A DNA stretch of 64,000 nucleotides, taken from assembly GCA_965112735.1 (NCBI GenBank), contig OZ218953.1, positions 2,914,001-2,978,000 on the forward strand, given 5' to 3'. Under the pieces are notes generated by a model. That model saw only the letters and a program-made list of their open reading frames with translations, was not told the DNA's origin and searched no databases. Source of the DNA: Phaeosaccion multiseriatum (lineage: Eukaryota > Protista > Ochrophyta, other classes). Shown in pieces: positions 51,916 through 64,000 of the stretch. Positions within the stretch are counted from its first letter, which is position 1, and each line of letters begins with the position of its first letter. The translations under genes and the position numbers were made by a program.

Positions 51916-52272
51916 TCAGGGGTCCACTACATGTACCTCCCCTCCGTTCAATAACTCTAAATCTATATATTATTTGTTCGCTCGTTTGAAGGAGGGGAAT
52001 GGCCCCTCTCGCTCTCCGTCTCTTTGAAGAACGCATGCCTGGTGCTCTGGTGTGATGACTACCATCCTGCTGCTGCTGCTGCTACTGCTGCTGCTGCTCC
52101 TTCTCCTGCTGCCGCTTCTGCTTCTGCTGCTGCTGCTGCCCATGTGCACCTCCGTCCTCCTCTCCCCCCCATCGCAGCGCTCCCCCCCCCAAACACCCCC
52201 CTCCTAATACAACACCTCCCCCATCCATCCACCCACCCACCCACCCACCCATCCGCCTCCAGTACAACTCTT

Positions 52273-55250
52273 TTAACTCTTCTCCGTCGCCCACGACGAA
52301 GGCAACGCCACCTCCGCATTCAACGCCTCCATGGCTCCTGCAGGAATGACCTTGGTCTCCGCATTGCCCCCCCTTCTGCTGTACCCTCCCCCAAGCCCCT
52401 CTTCATACGTGTCATCATCGTCGTCCTCCGGAGGCACCCACCCCTTCGGCCGGGGCAAGTCAAAGCCCCCCTCTGCCGCAATCTTAGCCTCCTGCTCCTC
52501 AATGTAGGCCCAGATGTTGGCGGAGTTGAGGGCCACTTCTGCATCCTCGTCGTCCTTGGTGAGATCGCTGTAGTTGTTCTCGGGCTTCTCCAGCCAGGAA
52601 ACTGCCGTCTTTGCTTCCTCACGGAATATTGCCGTGTTTTGCTGTTTGTGTGCCATGGGAGAGGACGGCAAAGGGGAGATGGGGGTCAGTGGCGGGGCCG
52701 GACACAAAAGGTAAGGAAAGATGCTGGCAGGGTACACAGGTGAGACGGAGGGAGGGAGGGAGGGAAGGAGGGAGATGGGGGCACAAAACAGAGAGTACAG
52801 AGGATGGATATCAATGCCCCTCTCCCTTGTTTGCCCCTCCCACACGGCCATAACGCTACGCTGCACGTACGTCAGCAAAGATGGGCATGGCGGTGGGGTC
52901 CGGAGGCGGCCTGAGGTCGTCTAGTCTGTTGAGCCACGGGCCCACGACAGAGGCCCGAGGCCGATTCGCCAGCTCGGGATCCTCCTTCGTTCCTCCAACT
53001 GTGGCACAGCACAAGAGAGAGCAAAGAGAGGTCAGGGGCAGGGTGGGAGGGAGAAGGAGAGTACGGGCAGAGAGGGAGGGAGGAGGACAAGGCCAAGTGA
53101 TGGGTTTGTTGTCAGCGACGAAAGGAGAGGAGCAGACCAGACGAGAGCGGCGTAGGGTGGATGGATGGATGCGCGATGACGTGTGATGCCAAACGGATGC
53201 CCATGACGATGCGACAACGATGACTATGAGACGATCAAGAGAGAAGAGAAGGCGCTCACCTCTGAACAAGAAGTCGTAGTTGTAGAGCTCCATTTCCATT
53301 TTGGAGCGCAGCGCCACATCGAGGTTGTCTCTCCACTCGCGCGTCTCCTCATCCTCCTCGTCGAATATGTACGTCTTGTACGACAGCTGAAAGGAGGGGA
53401 CGGAGGGGAGGGGAGAGCAGGGCAGGGGAGGGGAGATGAGGGGAGATGAGGGGAGATGAGGTGATGTGAGGTGAGCAGCAAGCCACGAGGATGTGGCTGT
53501 TGCATGCGTGTGAGCTTTTCTACAAAACAAAACGCATCAAGAGGCCTCTCCTCCCCTCCCTCCCTCCCTCCCTCCCTCCCTTGCGTGTCATTAACACTCA
53601 CCTCTGGGGCGTCTTCGTTGTCATTGAAGATCATGTACTCCTCGTCCGTGTTGGGCACGAGGCACACGAAGATGTCCTGAATGGCGAGCTTGATCTGCAT
53701 GTAGGAGTTGCGCGACAAGCGGTCCATGTTGGACAGGAGAGACGCGATGCGCAGGCGGAGCTCCTTGGGCTCCATCTGATGTCATGATGACGTCACGTCA
53801 TGATGATGTCACGCCATGATGTATACGAAGGTGTAGTGAGTAACAAGTCATGCGGAGAAGCGGAGGAAGGTGAGGGTGGAGGCAAGGGGGGAGGGGTGGG
53901 GGGCAACATGAGAAGACGGAGAGGGCTACTGGAAGGGGTGGAGGAAGGGGGGGGGGGGCAGCGGGTCGAAGTGCAGGAGAGAATGGACGGAAGCGCGAGG
54001 GGAGCCAACACACAAGGCGCTGAAGTCTGTTGAAGTGTCCCTGGGCACTCGGACTGAGAGCACAAGGGGCCGCCGCACAATCTGCCACAGGCTGCGTGTC
54101 CATCCTCAGGGCGGCGGCGGGGCACATGTGCAGTGGAGCCTTTGACACGACGATACAGGCTAGGCTCTCCAAGTTGAAACTCACATTCTCCTTCGGGCAG
54201 AACTCCTTGTAGGCAAGTTTGCGCACTTCTGTGGTGGTGCGAAGGCCGAACGCTGCCTCCAAAAAGCGGAACTCAGGCTGTGGACATGCGAAGGGCGGAG
54301 GGAACAGGATGAGAGACAGAGAGAGAGAGCGGGAGAGATTGGTGGTCAGTAGAGAGAGGGAGAGGGTGGTAGGTAAGGGGGCGACAAGACACCCCCAGCA
54401 GCAGGCAGGTATCCCATCTCAACACAAAGAACAGCACAAGCCAGTGTATGTATGTATGTATGTATGTATGTATGTATGTATGTATGTATGTATGCCTTGC
54501 CCTAGAAAAACAGCTCCAACACCACCCACACCCCTCCCTCCCCATGACTCCCTCACTCACCACCAGCTTTTCGTTGAGCTCTGGCAGCTGTCCGAAGTTG
54601 TAGCTCATCTGCTGCATCGCATAAGTGATGCGCTTGATACGGTCCAAGCTGAGATCACTCCACGTGTTGCCCTCTCGGAAGGCGTTGCCCAGGTAGTTGC
54701 GGATGGTTAGCCTTCGTCGGTCAGGCTCCGTGATCAGACCTGTCAGTTACGGGGGCAGGGAAAGAGGAAGGGGAAGGGGAAGGGGAAGGGGAAGGGGAGG
54801 AGAGGGGAGGGGCGGGTCAGTGGGAGAGCTTGTCCTTAAAACGCAGCGGCAACCGCTTCTATGTGAGAGAAAGCACTCGTGGTGTTCGTCTCTTACATCT
54901 TCCTCCTCCTCCTCCTCCTCGCCCTCCCCTCCCCCCCCCCATTCTTTTCATCCCCCACCTGCTTCCTGCAGCACCGCTTTCGCCTCCGCCACAATGCCGT
55001 CCGTCTGCTGCAGCGTCTCCATCGCATCCTTCACAGAGTCGGGCACGTCAACCCCCTCGGGCAGCACCGATTTAGGAACGCTCTCCGTCATGTTGGCGCT
55101 GGCGACGATGCTGGATTCGGGGAAGTCCTGCTTTGCGTCCTCCCAGCGTTTCTGTCCAAAGGAGGGGGCGTGGGGCGTGGGGTGGGTGAGTGATTGACGG
55201 ACTGACTTACTCACTCATTAGCAGCAGGGGGGGGGGTCCTTGCATCACTT

Positions 55251-55295
<45 letters not shown>

Positions 55296-58250
55296 AACGT
55301 ACCTCCCACTCCGCCACGACAGCCTTGAGCACGAGCCAGGTGGCAGACACGTCCACCGTTGTCTCCCCCGCATACTTGTCCACCTCCATAGAGCCCATGT
55401 TGGGGGCTACGCGGGCCTCGGCATCCAGGATCACCTGCACACAGAGGAGCGAGAGGGAGAGTGCACACAGATAAGATCGGATCGGGAGCGTGGAGCAGCC
55501 AGGTGTCAGGGCAGTGACTCGGTTTGGTCCATCACATGTCTCCCTCCTCGTCCCTTGCGTCCCTCCCTCTCCATTGCTCACCCTCCGTATACGCAAGAAG
55601 GTGATTTACCTACATACATATAGACAAGAGAGAACACACAGGCAGACATACAGACGGACATACAGATATACAACATACAGATGGACATACAGATATACAA
55701 CCTACAGATGGACATACAGATATACAACATACAGACGGACATACAGATATACAACCCTGAGGAGGCGGCTCTTCCTTACCTGCATGAAGGGGCCCGTGAC
55801 GGAGTTCTCCGCCTTGAGGTAGGCATTCACCATGTTGTGTGCCGACAGCAGCGGCTCTCTGTCACCGCTCTCCTGTACCTGAGGACACCAGCACAGTTAA
55901 CACATCAAACACATCACCATGCGACGGACGTAAGAGGCAATAGGAGAAAAGGGGTGGGGTGGGGTGGGGTGTGGGGGGGGGGGGACGGTCAGCCAGAGAA
56001 GCAGAGTGTCTGTAACGCTCCTATCCACCAGGCACACCCACCCTCAGCTGCCCCACGCATACGCGCATTCAAGCGCTCAGCCTACAGACAAAGCTTTGTA
56101 CCCGTCGCATTGCCTTACCGACAGCTTGTAGTTCTGCAGCAAGTTCCTCCCCTGCGTGCCCGCGTACTCTCGATTTCCCTTGAGGAAGTTAATGAGCTCT
56201 GTGAAGTCGCGGTCCGGGGAGCCGCGTGAGTGCGTCTTGGAGGGATCGCTCGGCATGAGTTCCCGGACCTTTTCGTTTGTTTGTTGAAAGTGGGTAGGGC
56301 GCAAGAGGACAGAGAGCAAGGTAGGGTAGGGCAGGGCAGAGCAGCAGCAATGATGAATCCGGCGATGACATACTCGGCGATTGTAGCATTCTTTCTCCTC
56401 TCTATTTCCAAAACGCACTCAACCACTCCGCTCCCACTCCCACCTGCCCCAACTGCTCCACTCCTTCCCCTTCTCCTCAACTCTCTACTCCTCCTCCTCC
56501 TCCTCTTCCTCCTCCTCCTCCTCCTCCGCCCCCTCCTCCCTCCCTCCCTCCCCTCCCTCACCTTCTCAACAAAGGCCATAAACGGCGCCTTGGGCCCCAG
56601 ATTGTAACCGTCCCTCAGCCTCGGCGCGGGCGGCAAGAATATGTCAATTACCCTCTCCTGCTCTGCCCCTCTCGGCATCTCCACCGCCTTCATGGTGGCC
56701 ATGTCCACCGCCAAGTTCTCAGACTTGAGGAAGCGCATCAATCCCGTGCCGTCCATGGAGGGAGCAAGCTCGGAACTGTCCACCTGCCGTGTAGCCTTGG
56801 CCTGTGCCTCCTCCTTGGACACTCGGGCGACGTTTGCTCCCAACCCTCCCGACCCGGCGCCTTTGTTTCCGCCTCCAGTCCCTCCCAAGGGCTGGGGTTC
56901 TGCTGCGAACCCTTGCTGCTGCTGCTGCATCATTTGCTGCTGGGCCCTTGCGAGCTGCTCCTGTTGGCCCATTTGCTGTTGTTGTTGCTGCTGCTGTTGC
57001 TGTAGTTGCTGTTGTTGTTGTTGTTGTTGTTGTTGTTGCCGCTGTTGCTCCAGCTGCTGCTCCTGCTGCTGCTTCTGCTGCTCCATCCTAATCTCCTTCT
57101 CCCGCTGCTTTAGCAGCTCTAGCTGCTGCTTCTGGAATTTTGACTCTGCGCTCTCCCCCGCCCCCTTCCCACCATCCAATACTGCCTCCTCGTCCCCGGC
57201 ACTTCGCAGCCTCGTCGCTGGCTGCGGCTCTGCTGTAGCTTCGATCATAGGAGGAGATAGAGAGACATACACCAGTGGGGGGGGGGGGGGCAAGGAAGCC
57301 AGTGGCGCAGCGGTTGCGGAGGAGGCCGGGAGGGGGGGCAGCAGAGCCGTGTGGGGTATGTGAGCTTCCTTCCTCCCATGGAGTGAAGGACAACAAGACA
57401 AGACAGACAGCCTGTGTCTCTGCTTGGCACTCATGAGCTATAGCTGGTCTTGGACAACCGGTCTAACAAACTGACACTGATGCTGATGCTGTACATGTAC
57501 CTGTTTCGGACCCTTCTCCTCCCAGAGCGGCTTGGGATGCCTCCATCACTGACGAGGACCTCGGCGCTGGCACTGATCCAGCCGCTCGCTCAGAGGGCGC
57601 CAGCTTCTCTGGCTTCCGGCCCAATCGACCCCCCTCCTTCTCCAGCTTCTCCCGCTTCCTTTGCTTCTTTGATTTTTTCTTTTTGTTGCCTGTTTTGTTT
57701 TTCAGAGGAAAAGGGGTGTTTTAGTGTTTGGCAGTCGGTCGGGGGCAGTCAGTGAGCCAGCGAGCAGGAGCAGCAGTGGTGTGAGTGAGTGAGTGTGTGT
57801 GTGGGGGGGGGTGGATAAGGCAGAGACCCAGACACCGAGAGATCAAATTGGGCTCTCGCGGTCGATCGAAGGAAAGCTCGAGACTGTGGTGCCTCCACTT
57901 GAGAAGCACCGCATCCAGGTCACATTCCCTTGCCTCCCTTTGCCGTCTCCCCTTGACCCCCTGCCGCCCTGCCCACTTACTCAATTCGTCCCCCAGACCG
58001 CCCTTCTTGCGCCCCATCATGAGGGCCGACCCCGTGGGCCGCACTCTGCTGGGGCAGCTCCTGGTGAGACTGCTCCCCGAGACGGCCTGCCCGTGTGCGT
58101 TCACATGGGAGGACACGTCACAACATAGAAACCAGCAGGAGCAAGCGAGAAGGCCTTGTGAGCACCAACGTTTGGCATGCAAAGAGCAAATGCGCAGCCC
58201 CCCTCCGCCCTACGGCGCACACTCTACCGCAGCTCTGCACAAGAGAAGGA
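52273..58250 (-). CDS. Large multi-exon protein of unknown function with a poly-Q tract; start uncertain
   Basis: GT-AG bounded coding blocks at ~57255-56561, 56272-56118, 55876-55780, 55434-55301, 55152-54958, 54739-54560, 54262-54055, 53775-53602, 53386-53259, 52998-52871, 52641-52273; no family recognised. Confidence 0.6.
55625..55756. repeat. 27-bp minisatellite (ACATACAGA(C/T)GGACATACAGATATACA), 4-5 copies, intronic
   Basis: Directly visible. Confidence 0.85.
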
Positions 58251-58589
58251 GCATAGCGACGGAGGCACCCCACGCTGCTCGCCTGGCCTCCTCTTCTCTC
58301 CCAAGGCCTCCCAAGGAGCTGAAGGAGGCCGTGTCCATCTGCACATGCTGCTCTCCCCCCTCTGCCTTCTCTGTGTACTGCAGACTCTCACCTGAGAAGG
58401 TCCCCCCACGAAGGCAGACGTCGCCGGCTGCCTCCCCTGCCTACCCTGCTCCCGCTGGTGCCCGGCTCCTCGTGCTGTCGCCGCTCTTCCTCCGGTTGGT
58501 GGGCATACTTGGAAACCTATAGAGAGAGAATATTCACATGTACAGACGAGGTGAGGGACGGAGAGAATCCCAGAAAAGGGGAGAGCAGC

Positions 58590-59638
58590 AGCGAGTTTGG
58601 GCAACGAGTTTGGAGGGAAAACAACAAAGATGGAGACCACTTTGCCCTGTATCTGGCCCTTGATACTGTCCTTGAGGCACTGCAGAAGACAGAGGAAAAG
58701 ACCAGCCACCACTCCGTCCTCCCACCGCGCTATTCAACATCGCTCCCCTAATTCAGTCCCGGACACCTTGGGAGTCGCACAAAGGCGGCAGCAGCCTTCC
58801 CTTGCTACCTCGCGCTCACCGTCGGAGTTGGGCGGCCGCAGTAGCGTCGCCGTGACCGTAGCCACCGCAGCAAGGGCGTAGCCCCTCATCTTAGAGCACA
58901 AAGCGCTGTTTCAGCTCTATGAGGGCCCGGCAAGCCTGGCAATGGGCTGCCCGTCCGCACAGCTGCTGGTGTCCTCAAAGGAGGAATGCACGTCCTAAGA
59001 AGCTTTCCGCTCCTTCCTCCTACCGCATGGTCCTTCTCAACGTGATTCGGGCGGACAAGCGCCACACCAAGCAGCTGTGAAGTAGTGTGAGCACGATGCT
59101 GTGCATGAAAACACCCCTGGGAATTCCCCGTGTGCCTCCATCCACCGCCATCCACTGCCATTCTCAAATTCATTCTTTCGTTTTCCCGCTCTCCTCAAAC
59201 GAAAGAGCCGCTGCGACGACTCCACAGACAGGCGTACCTCACACAAAGTTGTGCTTAACGAGGGAAAAGTTGTGCGATGGGCCCACACGAGGGGGGGATA
59301 CGTGTTGAACGAGGCGACATTGAGGGAAGCCGAAAGTGTGGAACGCCCACGACCTCTGCAATTGGGATGCCAACGTGTGCATGAATGCGGTAGGGGGCAG
59401 CCACAGCCTGGACTTGTTGATGTGGCTCCGATCGGAGGCAGTCATGTGCGAGTGGGACGAAAGATCGTGCCCAGAGGTGCTCAAGGACGGTTGGCAGGAC
59501 GAGTGGGACATGGACGAGGCCGTTTTCCAGGACATCCAAGACGTGGGCCCACGAGAAGGGCTGTCCCTGTGGGTGTGCGGTGATCTGAAGACGAGCGCCA
59601 AAACGTTGCGTTACGTACAGGACTGGCTACAACTGTAG
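58590..59638 (+). pseudogene. Decayed CxWD-type ankyrin-like repeat gene
   Basis: Fragments in different frames: GDHFALYLAL..EKTSHHSVL, KVVRWAHTRGG, CNWDANVCMNAVGGSHSLDLLMWLRSEAVMCEWDE. These resemble the AA..G.L.VL.WLR..GCPWD repeat family. Confidence 0.45.
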
Positions 59639-60162
59639 TGACCACGGAACCTTTGGTTGTTATTGTGATGAGCATGATTGGTGAGCGAGATCATACGCGT
59701 GTTACGGGGGGGGAGTCCGAAACCTGGAGGGGAACGGAGGTATCGGGGTGAGCGAAGGAGAGGAGGAGCGTGTATATGTGTGAGAGAGATACATGGAGAT
59801 TTGAGTTCTCCCTTCACATACAGCTTTGCTCCCCCTCTCAATACATTTGCTCTTGCCCGTTCTGTGGCGCAAAAGTAGTACACGAGTACAACTGGGGTGG
59901 CCTGGTTTTGATGCCCTGAGGAGGGGGGGGGGGGGTAGCACTTACCTCCTCCGTCTGCTGCTCAGCTCATGGAATTGCATGGGGACACGTCATGTGCCCA
60001 CTCGGCGCTCCCCGTCCTGTGCCTCTTTTCCTCTCCTTGTACGCACGCATGTATATTCAGTTATATACCCATAGCCTGCTCTCTCTCTCACACATGCACA
60101 CAATCACTCTCTGCGTGTATGGTTCTTGTCTCTCTCCCATACACACACACACTCTCTCTCTC

Positions 60163-63100
60163 TCATCGTGGCGCCCTCCTGCTTCGTCCCTTCTTCCCCT
60201 TCCCTCCACTGGAGGAGGAAGAGGATCCAGGGGGCGTGGTGAGCTTGTTGAAGGCGAAAAAGCCGAGCCCCAGGAAGAAGATGCCATTGAAAATGGGCAC
60301 CACCACCCCAATCGCAACCACCTTGGCGAACTGGCTGTACAAGGCAGACGCTACAATGGCCACCGCCAGCACCCCCCAGGGAAAAGGGGAGTTGTCGGTG
60401 AACGCGTCTCCATCCGCCGTAGCACCAATGCCTCTACTAGAGCTGTCGCCACCCCCCCCCTTCTTGGCTCGCTCCTCGCGCCGCTGCTCCCTCGCCTTTC
60501 TCTGACGGTGGCGGGACACTTGCGCCGCACAAGTGGTGATCTTCTGTAACCGCTGAAGAAGCTGCTGTGCCAAGTCAGGATGATCGCTCACAAAGGCGCC
60601 GTAGTCGGGCCGCAGCGCCACACGGCCCAGGTTGAGGCCGATGAAGGCCAGCGCATTGAGCTTGAGGCGAGGGGCCCTTACCATGTCGGCCACGGAAAGC
60701 ACCTCTAGACAGTTGTCCGTGTCCACATGCACCATGCTCTCGCACAGCCGTTTCATGTCCTCCAGCCGGTAGCGGTCGGCCGCAAGCAGGTCCTCGAGCA
60801 CGGCGGTCGTGGAGCCGCTTGATTGAGGGGTCAACGTGCCGCTGTACAGGTACAGCAGCAGCCGCAGCATCCCTACATGTGAGTCTGGAACCACCACCTC
60901 CACCACCCCTCCTCCTCCTCCTCGTCCCTCCTGCATCCCGCTGCGGAACATGGCTTGGAAGAACTCGCTCCTGGCGGAGAGGATGGCCTTGTGTGCGTAG
61001 ATGGGCCTGCCCCCGGCCACAAACTTGACGTCCGCATGCTGTCTGCTGCCCAACGCACCCCCCAGGTCCGCCGCCAGCGAAGGAGGGGGCACTCTCACGG
61101 CCTCGGCCAGGGCGACGGAGGCCGACGGGGGGGGAGGAGGAGGACGATGAGGGAAGACCCTCCTCCCCACCCCCCACCCCACCGCTATCGCTGTTGTGGG
61201 CCGTCGCAGAAGAAGAGAAGAAGGCAAAGTTGGGGTGCAGCACCGCGATGGAGGCGCGACAAATGGCGGCCAAGCGGGGCAGTTGGTAGTTCAGTGCTGC
61301 CTGCAACAGATCATAGGGTAGAGGGGTTTCCGCGTCGAGTGGAGCGGTCACATTGTCCGTGTAGATGTACTCCAGCAGCACCCGAGCCACCTCGTAGCGC
61401 ACCTCGGGCAGCAGCAGCTCCAGCAATTGCACACCGTCACCACCACCACCACCATCGGAGAGGGAAGACATGTCTCCTCCTCCGAAAGGCATGGGTCGCA
61501 CCTCCTCGTCGATGAGGTCCCGTAGCACCGGACTCCGGCAGGCCAGCACGATGCGATGCGCATAGAGGAAGCTCCCCGCCACGATTAGCACGCAGTCGAC
61601 ACTTTCTTCGAGCTCGACTTCCGGGCTGAGTAAAGCCACTCCGTCGTCGTCCGCCCGTCCATAGGGCGGGTCTTCGATACTCAGGGCTTTGCTGAGCAGT
61701 GGGCGGCCTAGTGCTTCTCCAATGTTGTCACCAGAGAGCACGAGGAAAGTGTGGTGGCCCCCGCAGCTCACGGCAGCGACGCGTTTGCCGGCGAGGTCGG
61801 GTAGCCAAGACGGACAGGGTTCGCGAGGCACGGGCTCCGGAGGGGCAACGAGAGCGAGTAGCTGTTACGGGGAAGGGGAGGGAGGAGGAGGAGGAGGAGG
61901 AGGAGGAGGAGGAGGAGGAGGAGGAGGAGGAGGAGGAGGAGGAGGAGGAGGAGGAGGAGGAGGAGGAGGAGGAGGAGGAGGAGGAGGAGGAGGAGGAGGA
62001 GGAGGAGGAGGAGGAGGAGGAGGAGGAGGAGGAGGAGGAGGAGGAGGAGGAGGAGGAGGAGGAGGAGGAGGAGGAGGAGGAGGAGGAGGAGGAGGAGGAG
62101 GAGGAGGAGGAGGAGGAGGAGGAGGAGGAGGAGGAGGAGGAGGAGGAGGAGGAGGAGGAGGAGGAGGAGGAGGAGGAGGAGGAGGAGGAGGGAGGGAGGA
62201 AGAGGTTGCGGAGCGGGGCGTGAAGGGTGGAAGCCTGGCTTGCTTAAGGCGACAGGGGCTGCGGCGCTTATTGCTGACTGTCATTGCGATGGTGCAGGCT
62301 ATCGCATTTCTCTCTCTACTTTACCTTGAGGGCGTTTTCCTGGGGGGCGCCAATGACGTCACCCTCCATGATCATCGACTTGATCGCCTTGCTCTGAGCA
62401 GAGCCTCTCCCCCTGTTGTTGCTGTTGCTGCCCGACTGGCCTCCCCCTCCTCCTCCTCCTCCTCCTCCTCCTCCTCCCTTCAATAGGTCGGGGTTGCCCC
62501 CCCATGTAACGGCTCCATCTCCAGTCACATACACCGTGCCGGCGGCGGAGAGGAAGACGGTGTGCTCCTCCCCGCAAGCCGCCCCCACCAGCGGCACAGA
62601 GGAGAGCGCGCTCACCTACAGGAAGGGATGGCAGTGGGTGGCACAGAACACACAAGATTTGTGGTGAGGTGGGTGGGTGCGTGCGTGAGCGGAGGTGTGC
62701 GTACTTTGCTTTTGACTTTTTTGCCTTGCCTTGCGCGGCGTTGCCCACCCCAGCGCCTGGGCTCGAATGGCCCTGACCTTCTCCAACTCGCGAGTCTGTC
62801 GTGCGTATCAAACAGGTGTCGGGACGGGGAGGGGGGGGGGGAGAGCAGAGGAGCGGGATTTAGGGATGGGAGGGGGGGGGGGGTTGGGTGGGGGAGGGAG
62901 CAGGAGAGAGAAAGGGCGGGGGAGAGATGGAGTGTGTGTGTGAGAGAGACAAGAGAGAGAGAAAAGGGGACAGACACACAGAGACAGAGAGAGAGAAAGG
63001 ACTTCAACCCTCCCCCCCCCCCCCAACTCCAACCCCAATTCCAACTCAAGTCTCTCCTGTGCTACTACACCCTCTCACCACCACCTGCCATGACCCGCCA

Positions 63101-64000
63101 CCCACCTTGGCCAGAGGCACGATGTTGAGGTCTATTTCGTGACCATCTTTCCCTCGACTCTTGCCCGCCAGTAGGCCCATAACACTGGCCTGTCTCTCCG
63201 CATCGCTACCAAACTTCTGCCCCGTCCGAATGCCCAGCTCCCCTTGACCGAGGCACGCGCTTCCCTCTCCGCCCCACGACCACGCCACTCCTTCCCCGTC
63301 CACCACCACTGAATGCCCTCCTCCGCACGCCACGTGTCGAGCCGCTGCCACACCATCATCACCGACATCACCTCCTCCTCCTCCTCCTCCTCCTCCTCCT
63401 CCTCCTCCTCCTCCTTCTCCGCCTCCCCCACCCGACGTCCCAGCCGTGGGGGCACGGGTGCCAGCCTTGCCCCCCCCACGGAAGGAGCTACTTCTCCTCC
63501 CCAGGAAGGGCTGTACAAGATTGGGCTCCCATGCGTCGCTAAGCAGCGTCGAACCCACAGCCGAGGGGTTGGCAGCAGCCGCCCCGTGAAACGTCCGGAT
63601 GGTACCCGATGCCGACGTGGCAGGGGCCACATAGCCCAGTTGACCCGAGCCGTTGTGGCCCCACGACCACACACGGCCAGAGCGCGTACGCACGAGGGAG
63701 TGGTACGTACCGCACGCGACCTGCACCACCCACTCATCGTCCGCCAGTACGTCAGCACTACCCGCCCCTCCTCCTTCGACGGCACCATTACTGCTGCTCC
63801 TCGTGGCTTTTCGTCCCCCTCCCCGCCCCCCTCCGGCTAGTGCGGCCGCGGCTCCTTGAATGTCGACCTGCCTGGGCACGAGCTGAAAGCGTGGCACCCG
63901 TTTCTTGCCCCCCGTGACCCTCTCTGCAGGCTTCCCAAGGCCCAATCGCCCACGCGCCCACGTACCCCAGCTGTACACCCTTCCGTCGTGGGTCACCGCC
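60163..64000 (-). CDS. RCC1-repeat plus tandem BTB/POZ protein with a C-terminal hydrophobic anchor; 5' part lies outside the window
   Basis: RCC1 motifs GRVYSWGTWARGRLGLG, VVQVACGTYHSLV..VWSWGHNGSGQLG, VACGGGHSVVV, VSCGGHHTF. BTB motifs DCVLIVAG..YAHRIVLACRSPVL and HADVKFVAGGRPIYAHKAILSARSEFFQAMF. Exons >64000-63106, 62614-62325, 61861-60163 (one extra C in the run 61127-61134). Confidence 0.85.
61877..62192. repeat. (GGA)n trinucleotide tract of about 100 units, intronic
   Basis: Directly visible, immediately upstream of the acceptor at 61862-61863 on the minus strand. Confidence 0.97.

Noticed and set aside
53776-53822. Short palindromic cluster of CATGATG/GACGTC repeats
   Set aside because: A small intronic low-complexity patch next to an acceptor, with no support for function.
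61127-61134. Apparent frameshift between the two BTB domains
   Set aside because: G8/C8 run; removing one base fuses ORFs 60575-61831 and 60163-61227. Likely a homopolymer error.
61689-62486. Poly-Gly, poly-Glu and poly-Pro ORFs
   Set aside because: Artefacts of the intronic (GGA)n tract.

Overview
Intron-rich, GC-rich, microsatellite-laden eukaryotic DNA. The gene repertoire and a signal peptide followed by Phe (a bipartite plastid-targeting pattern) suggest a photosynthetic stramenopile (ochrophyte); that assignment is inference. In order, the window holds: the 3' part of a STAND/AAA_16-type NTPase gene (+); a type-I membrane adhesin-like gene with Chlamydia Pmp-type GGA(I/V/L)...FxxN repeats (-, 9785-19009); a decayed ankyrin gene; a giant secreted Gly-rich/PAN-domain gene (+, 20799-38398); an unknown gene; NDUFS8 and alpha-SNAP head-to-head; a SPIRAL1-like gene; a plastid-targeted TPR gene; a large unknown gene; a decayed CxWD-repeat gene; and an RCC1-BTB-BTB gene with a hydrophobic C-terminus (-, partial). 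Main discovery: the adhesin-like gene is a tandem array of nine homologous 0.55-0.92 kb exon/intron units. In each unit a 75-84 nt phase-0 exon encoding one beta-helix repeat alternates with a predicted 3, 6 or 9 nt micro-exon (AG|3n|GT inside a conserved intronic motif) that supplies the variable linker residues. This architecture does not appear in the ORF track and could generate surface-protein diversity.
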